A stretch of 63,749 nt of DNA, the filler included. It is 7 parts of 7 records of this genome, joined end to end, with 100 filler letters (N's around TTAATTAATTAA, not from the genome) between each part and the next. Parts side by side here need not be neighbours in the genome. Positions count along the whole stretch, not along the records: positions 48,042 to 60,197 come from SRR20825010_6962; positions 60,298 to 63,749 come from SRR20825010_6988; 5 more parts are not named here. The stretch is one strand, 5' to 3'. Each line of letters starts with the position of its first letter. The stretch's first letter is position 1. The notes beneath the pieces are model-generated. The model had not been told where the DNA came from and searched no databases. It worked only from the letters and a program-made list of their open reading frames with translations. This document shows positions 58,844-63,749 of this stretch, piece after piece. The position numbers and the translations under genes were made by a program.

Positions 58844-60197
58844 ATGGGAGTGAACATGACACGGGCATCCGTTTCCCTTGCGGCTTTTATCCTGATTCTG
58901 GCGTTTGGCAGCGGGATCTCCTTCTGGGTCTATGACAAACAATATGATGAGCTGGTTTCGGATGGCCGTGATCAGCTTGGCATCGCGCGGGTCACTTTCT
59001 CGCGGGAGCTGAACCGTCTTTTCGAGCCTGGCCCCGCCGTTTATCAGACCGTGACGGATGCCCGCCTGGTCGGGTTGTCGGATCTTGAGGTGGAGGATCT
59101 TTTCTTCGCTATCTCGACCGGCCCTGTCCGGCGCCTGCAACAGATCAACGGGATCTATATAGGGTTCCCGGACGGCCGGTTTCTTCAGGTGCAGGATCTG
59201 GTTCCTTCCAGTCAGAGCGGCTTCGAGGGCGGCATGACCCGGCGTGTGATCGATGATCCGGCCGGACAACCGGCCGGACACTGGTTCGCACCGGCCAAGA
59301 AAACCGGCCGCTGGGTGCCGGCGGAAGTTCCTTCTACGCCGTACGATCCGAGGAACCGCCCCTGGTACAAGCAAGCGGTGTCTTCCGAAAACGGGGTCTG
59401 GACCGAGCCTTATATCTTTGCCTCAAGCGGATCGCTCGGCGTGACCTATGCCCGGGCGCTTTATCACGATGACGGGGTGCTCTGGGGCGTTATGGGGGTC
59501 GACCTGTCTCTCTCCTCCCTGTCGCTGACACTGGTGCGGGCGGCGGAAACATTGATCGGTTTCGGCGATCTGGTGTTCGCAACGGATCTGGCGGGGCGCA
59601 TGCTCGGCCACCCGGCGCTCGCCCGGGCCAAACCGGAAGAGCATGCGGATGTTGAAGCTTTTCTGGACCGCTACCGGGCGCAGGATTCCGTCGAACGGAT
59701 CCTGATCGAAGCGGTCCAGTCGACTGACATGGTGAAGGTCGTCGAGACTGGCGCCGGCGCGTATCTCGCCACCAAGGCGGTGCTGGATGAGGATCTGGCT
59801 ATGCCGATCAGCATTTATCTCGCCCAAGACATGGACATCATTCTGGCGGATGCTAATGCGACCCTGCTGCGCAATGTCGGCTTGCTGTTCATCGCCATCG
59901 TCGGCTTTGGCACGGTCTCCTTCTATGTCGTGAAGCTCGGTGTGGAGGTGACCGCGCGCAAGAAGGCGGAAGAGGAACTGGTCGGAGCCCGGGATATCGC
60001 GGAAGCGGCCACCCGCGCCAAATCCGCTTTCCTCGCCACCATGAGTCACGAGATTCGAACACCGATGAACGGCGTCATGTCGATGGCGGAGTTGCTTGCG
60101 CTGAGCAGGCTGGACGCGGAGCAGAGCGGCATGGCCCGGGTGATCCGGGATTCCGCCGGGGCGCTGCTGACCATCATCAACGACATTCTCGATTTCT
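58844..60197 (+). CDS. Cache-domain sensor histidine kinase, 3'-truncated
   Basis: [17 protein letters not shown] Cache motif, second TM, H-box [15 protein letters not shown]. Confidence 0.92.
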
Positions 60198-60297
60198 NNN
60201 NNNNNNNNNNNNNNNNNNNNNNNNNNNNNNNNNNNNNNNNNTTAATTAATTAANNNNNNNNNNNNNNNNNNNNNNNNNNNNNNNNNNNNNNNNNNNN
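60198..60297. other. Artificial contig spacer
   Basis: N44-TTAATTAATTAA-N44. Confidence 0.99.
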
Positions 60298-60298
60298 G

Positions 60299-62059
60299 GA
60301 AAGCATCACCTATGGCGAACTCGATGCGCGAAGCTGGCAAATGGCACGCCTGCTCCAGGAAAAGCTGCTGGTGCCCGGCTGCCGTGTCGCGGTGGCGCTC
60401 GACCGCTCGATAGACATGCTGGTGACGCTGCTGGCGATCATGAAGGCCGACCACATCTATGTGCCGCTCGACCCGGATCATCCCGAGGCACGCCTGCGGC
60501 AGACCATGGAGGCAGCCAAAATCTCTGCGGTGATCTGCAAGAATGAAAAGATCGCGGACCTTGCCGGTGATGACGTTCTCCCGATCATGCTCGATGACGA
60601 ACGGGATGCCATTGCCGCCAGGGATGCGGCACCGCTCGAGGAGCGGGTTCATGGCACGCAGGCTGCGGCCTATATCATCTTCACGTCCGGCTCGACCGGC
60701 GTGCCCAAGGGCGTGGAGGTTCCGCACAATGCGCTGGTCAATTTCCTCACTTCCATGGCGAAGGAGCCCGGCTTTGCCGCAGACGACACGCTGCTTGCCG
60801 TCACCACCATTTCGTTCGACATCGCCGCGCTGGAACTCTACCTGCCGCTGATCTGCGGTGGCCGCGTGGTGATCGCCGACCGGATCGAGGTGCAGGACGG
60901 GTTCCGGCTGGTTGAGCGTCTCGACGAATGCGGCGCAACGGTTTTGCAGGCGACGCCGACGCTCTGGCAGATGCTTGTCGAAGCGGGGCTTGGCGAGAGG
61001 AAATCTCTCAAGATGCTGTGCGGCGGCGAACCGCTGCCCGCAGCGCTGGCGCAGAGCCTGAGCGCACTGGGCGGCGAATTGTGGAACATGTATGGGCCGA
61101 CCGAGACCACGATCTGGTCGTCGGTCGCGAGGGTCGACGATCCGGATGCGCCGATCACCATCGGCCACCCCATCGCCAACACGCAGCTTTACATTCTGGA
61201 TGCGCGCAACCGGCTCGCGCCCGTGGGCGTAACGGGTGAACTGAACATCGGCGGCGACGGGCTCGCCCTCGGCTATTTCAACAGTGTCGAACAGACGCAG
61301 GCCGCTTTCCGCAATGTGTCGATTGGTGGTGTTCCGCAGCGGCTCTACAAGACGGGAGATGTGGGGCGGCGCCTGGCCGATGGGTCGCTCCAGCTTCTCG
61401 GGCGCCGCGACAACCAGATCAAGCTGCGCGGTTTCCGCATCGAGCTGGGCGACATCGAGGCGGTCATCGCAAAAGCCGAGGGCGTGCGCCAGTGCGCCGT
61501 TGTCGCCCCCGTGAACCGCAATGGCGACCGGCAGCTTGTGTGTCACACCGTGCCTGATGATCCGGCGAACCCACCAGACCCAAAGGCGCTGAGCGCCCAT
61601 GCGAAGGCGCATCTCCCCGGCCACATGGTGCCCGCATTCTGGGTCCATACCGAAGCACTGCCTCAGACGGCCAATGGCAAGCTCGACCGCAAGACGCTCG
61701 AAAAACAGGACATTCCGTGGCAGGAGGCGGCCATCATCCGCACCGCGCCGCGCACGCCCATGGAAGAGAAACTCTCGGCCATCTGGCGCGACGTGCTCAA
61801 CATTCCCGAAATCGGCGTGGAGGAGAACATCTACGCGCTGGGGGCGGATTCGCTCAGCATCTTCCGCATCGCAGCCCGGATGATTGATGCCGGCCTGCCG
61901 CTGGAAGCGCGGCACCTCCTGCAACACCCCACGATCGGGGAGCTGGCGCTGATCGCCGATGAAGCGGGCAGCCAGCTGGTCAACGGGATCAAGCCGCATG
62001 TGCCGTCGCTGAAAGATTTCCGGCACGGCGCGCGCCGCCGCATGGAGGCACACGGATGA
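60299..62059 (+). CDS. NRPS C-terminal A-T module, glycine-predicted, 5'-truncated
   Basis: YIIFTSGSTGVPKG, FDIA, NMYGPTETT, YKTGD, NGK; PCP LGADSL; specificity code read manually as DILQLGMIWK. Confidence 0.93.
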   Translation, partial: ESITYGELDARSWQMARLLQEKLLVPGCRVAVALDRSIDMLVTLLAIMKADHIYVPLDPDHPEARLRQTMEAAKISAVICKNEKIADLAGDDVLPIMLDDERDAIAARDAAPLEERVHGTQAAAYIIFTSGSTGVPKGVEVPHNALVNFLTSMAKEPGFAADDTLLAVTTISFDIAALELYLPLICGGRVVIADRIEVQDGFRLVERLDECGATVLQATPTLWQMLVEAGLGERKSLKMLCGGEPLPAALAQSLSALGGELWNMYGPTETTIWSSVARVDDPDAPITIGHPIANTQLYILDARNRLAPVGVTGELNIGGDGLALGYFNSVEQTQAAFRNVSIGGVPQRLYKTGDVGRRLADGSLQLLGRRDNQIKLRGFRIELGDIEAVIAKAEGVRQCAVVAPVNRNGDRQLVCHTVPDDPANPPDPKALSAHAKAHLPGHMVPAFWVHTEALPQTANGKLDRKTLEKQDIPWQEAAIIRTAPRTPMEEKLSAIWRDVLNIPEIGVEENIYALGADSLSIFRIAARMIDAGLPLEARHLLQHPTIGELALIADEAGSQLVNGIKPHVPSLKDFRHGARRRMEAHG

Positions 62060-63749
62060 GCGACATTGAACACAGGCCGCAGGCTTTCGCCGCGAGCGAC
62101 ATCATCGGCGAGTTTCCCTGCACGCAGACGCAGATGCGCTGCTGGTTCCTGGATCGCCTTAATCCGGGAAACCCCGCGCTCAACGTTGCCGTGCGGTGGG
62201 AGATTCGGGGGAACTTCAGAACCGAGAGCATCGAAGAGGCTTTCCGACAAATCATCAGGCGACACGAGATCCTGCGGACCCGTTTCGTGGAGACGGACGG
62301 GCAACCCATGCAGCAGGTGGTGCGCGGGGTCGAGTTCCGCATGCCGGTCATCGACCTGCGTCACGTGCCGGAAGACCAGCGCGAGGCGCGCATCCAGTCG
62401 ATCAGCAGGGAAACGGCGGCAGCGCCTTTCGACCTTGGCCAGCCGGGGCTTTTCCGCGTCACGCTGCTGATGGTGGAAAACAGGCGCGGCTTCATACTCA
62501 TCACCGCGCATCAGAGCTGTTTCGACGGCTGGTCGATCCGCGTTCTCGGGCGCGAAGTGGGAGAACTCGCAGCGGCAATCGACGCGAAACGCGCGCCGCA
62601 CCTGCCAGAGCTGGCGCTGCAGTATGGCGACTTCGCGCTGTGGCAGGAAGAATACCGCAACAGCTACGGTTTCGAAGCGGAGAAGACCTACTGGCGAGAA
62701 CAGTTGCGCGATGCGCCCTATTTCGAGATCAGGCCGGACCGGCCGCGCGGGCGTGTGAAAACCAGCCGGGGGGAGATCTTTTCCGCCGTGCTGCCGCTGG
62801 AATTCGGCGAGCGGATCGAGGCTGCGGCGCGCGCGCATCACGTTTCGCTGTTCAGCTATGGCGCGGCGGTCATCAGTGCTGCACTTCACCACTATTCTGG
62901 CGAGCGCGAAGTGCTGTTCGGCACGCAGATCGCCGGGCGCGAGGATGTGGACCTGGAGAGCCTGATCGGCGTTTTCATCAATAATCTTGTGCTGCGTTTC
63001 GATATTGCCGACGAGTTGAGCTTTGCCGATCACCTCTCGAGGGTCAGCGCTACCGTGGGGGCTGCCCTCAACCACCAGAAGATGCCGTTCAACAATCTTG
63101 TCGAGCTGGTCAACCCGGTGCGCGATCCATCCCGCAACCCACTCGTCTCGATCAACTTCAACCAGCAGAAGGCTTTTCTGGAAGACACGCGCTATGGCGA
63201 TTTCGAGCTGATCAGCGCGCCCTCGCAATCGCCGGGCGTGATCTATGATCTCAACTTCATCATGATCGGCCGGCCGACCGGCTGGCGCATGTCGGTGGAA
63301 TACAACACCGATCTGTTCGACGAAGCGACCGCGCGGGAGCTGCTCGATCTGTGGCAGAAGGCCTATACCTTCGCGCTTGACGATCCGCAGGCGCAGATCG
63401 GCGCGATGGCGGGGCCGGTTCGTGCCGGCACATTGCCGAAGGAAGCGCAGCCGAAACCGGCATCGCGGCTGGAAGCGCTGCTTCTCGCGCAACCGGATGT
63501 CGCCGATGTCGCGGTCCGGCGAGACGGCCCGGCCGGCCGGCCCCATGCGTTCGTCGTGCCGAGTGCAGGGCTCATGGTGCCGCTCGAGACCCTTCCAGCG
63601 CAACTGAACGCCTATCTGGCAGAACGGCTGCCAGAGGAAGAGCTACCCGCCGCAATCAGCGTTCTTCTTTCCCTGCCGAGACGGGCGGACGGCGCAGTGG
63701 AATTGCCGGCGGTATCCTCTCCTGTGCCGCCACCCTCGGTCAATGTCCC
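62056..63749 (+). CDS. NRPS protein: condensation domain plus isolated A-subdomain, 3'-truncated (not in ORF track)
   Basis: ATGA overlap; FPCTQTQMRCWF, RHEILRT, AHQSCFDGWS, QYGDFA.WQ, IGVFINNLV, YNTDLF; then LEALLLAQPDVADVAV...LAERLP...LPRRADG; no stop seen in the translated parts. Confidence 0.88.
   Translation, partial: MSDIEHRPQAFAASDIIGEFPCTQTQMRCWFLDRLNPGNPALNVAVRWEIRGNFRTESIEEAFRQIIRRHEILRTRFVETDGQPMQQVVRGVEFRMPVIDLRHVPEDQREARIQSISRETAAAPFDLGQPGLFRVTLLMVENRRGFILITAHQSCFDGWSIRVLGREVGELAAAIDAKRAPHLPELALQYGDFALWQEEYRNSYGFEAEKTYWREQLRDAPYFEIRPDRPRGRVKTSRGEIFSAVLPLEFGERIEAAARAHHVSLFSYGAAVISAALHHYSGEREVLFGTQIAGREDVDLESLIGVFINNLVLRFDIADELSFADHLSRVSATVGAALNHQKMPFNNLVELVNPVRDPSRNPLVSINFNQQKAFLEDTRYGDFELISAPSQSPGVIYDLNFIMIGRPTGWRMSVEYNTDLFDEATARELLDLWQKAYTFALDDPQAQIGAMAGPVRAGTLPKEAQPKPASRLEALLLAQPDVADVAVRRDGPAGRPHAFVVPSAGLMVPLETLPAQLNAYLAERLPEEELPAAISVLLSLPRRADGAVELPAVSSPVPPPSVNV

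Noticed and set aside
7927-60297. Repeated TTAATTAATTAA flanked by N runs, and apparent gene neighbourhoods across them (e.g. kinase next to NRPS)
   Set aside because: Artificial concatenation spacers; flanking segments differ in composition and apparent taxon, so cross-spacer associations are meaningless
1-63749. CRISPR array, cas genes, recognisable anti-phage defence or retron genes
   Set aside because: No regularly spaced repeats or recognisable signature proteins found by eye; short degenerate arrays could have been missed

Overview
This window is not one locus. It is seven unrelated contigs joined by 100-nt artificial spacers (44 N + TTAATTAATTAA + 44 N) at 7927-8026, 19373-19472, 28350-28449, 34528-34627, 47942-48041 and 60198-60297. 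Taxonomic labels below are inferred from gene content and composition. (1) 1-7926, Bacteroidota (Cytophagales-like) housekeeping: OsmC-hydrolase, ftsY, DUF4295, rpmG, aminopeptidase P, lpdA. (2) 8027-19372, Rhodobacteraceae-like: tRNA-Cys 3' end, nested IS5/IS3 remnants, a sugar-acid catabolic cluster (two enolases, FAH, 2-hydroxyacid dehydrogenase, TctABC, GntR), then LysR and an ABC binding protein. (3) 19473-28349, Planctomycete (Gimesia-like): a gene cassette flanked by a 26-bp direct repeat, and two divergent, degenerate NtrC-like regulators. (4) 28450-34527, Rhizobiales-like hexuronate genes (kdgK, uxaC, TRAP). (5) 34628-47941, Alcanivorax-like: a LapA-type adhesin/T1SS operon behind an FNR/Anr class II promoter, lemA-TPM genes, and an NtrC/sigma54 promoter. 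(6) 48042-60197, alphaproteobacterium: glcB, a 29-aa sORF, pseudo-HtrA, phaZ, a ThDP enzyme, an orphan gene, a PLP pseudoenzyme, bioMNY and a histidine kinase. (7) 60298-63749, NRPS: a Gly A-T module followed by a C(HQ)-Asub protein lacking the A core. Best candidates for novel biology are the apparently ATPase-dead bEBP pair with one D-to-E receiver, the C(HQ)-Asub NRPS, the FNR-controlled adhesin lacking a LapG site, and the integrase-free repeat-flanked cassette. All assignments come from reading motifs by eye; no database searches were run.
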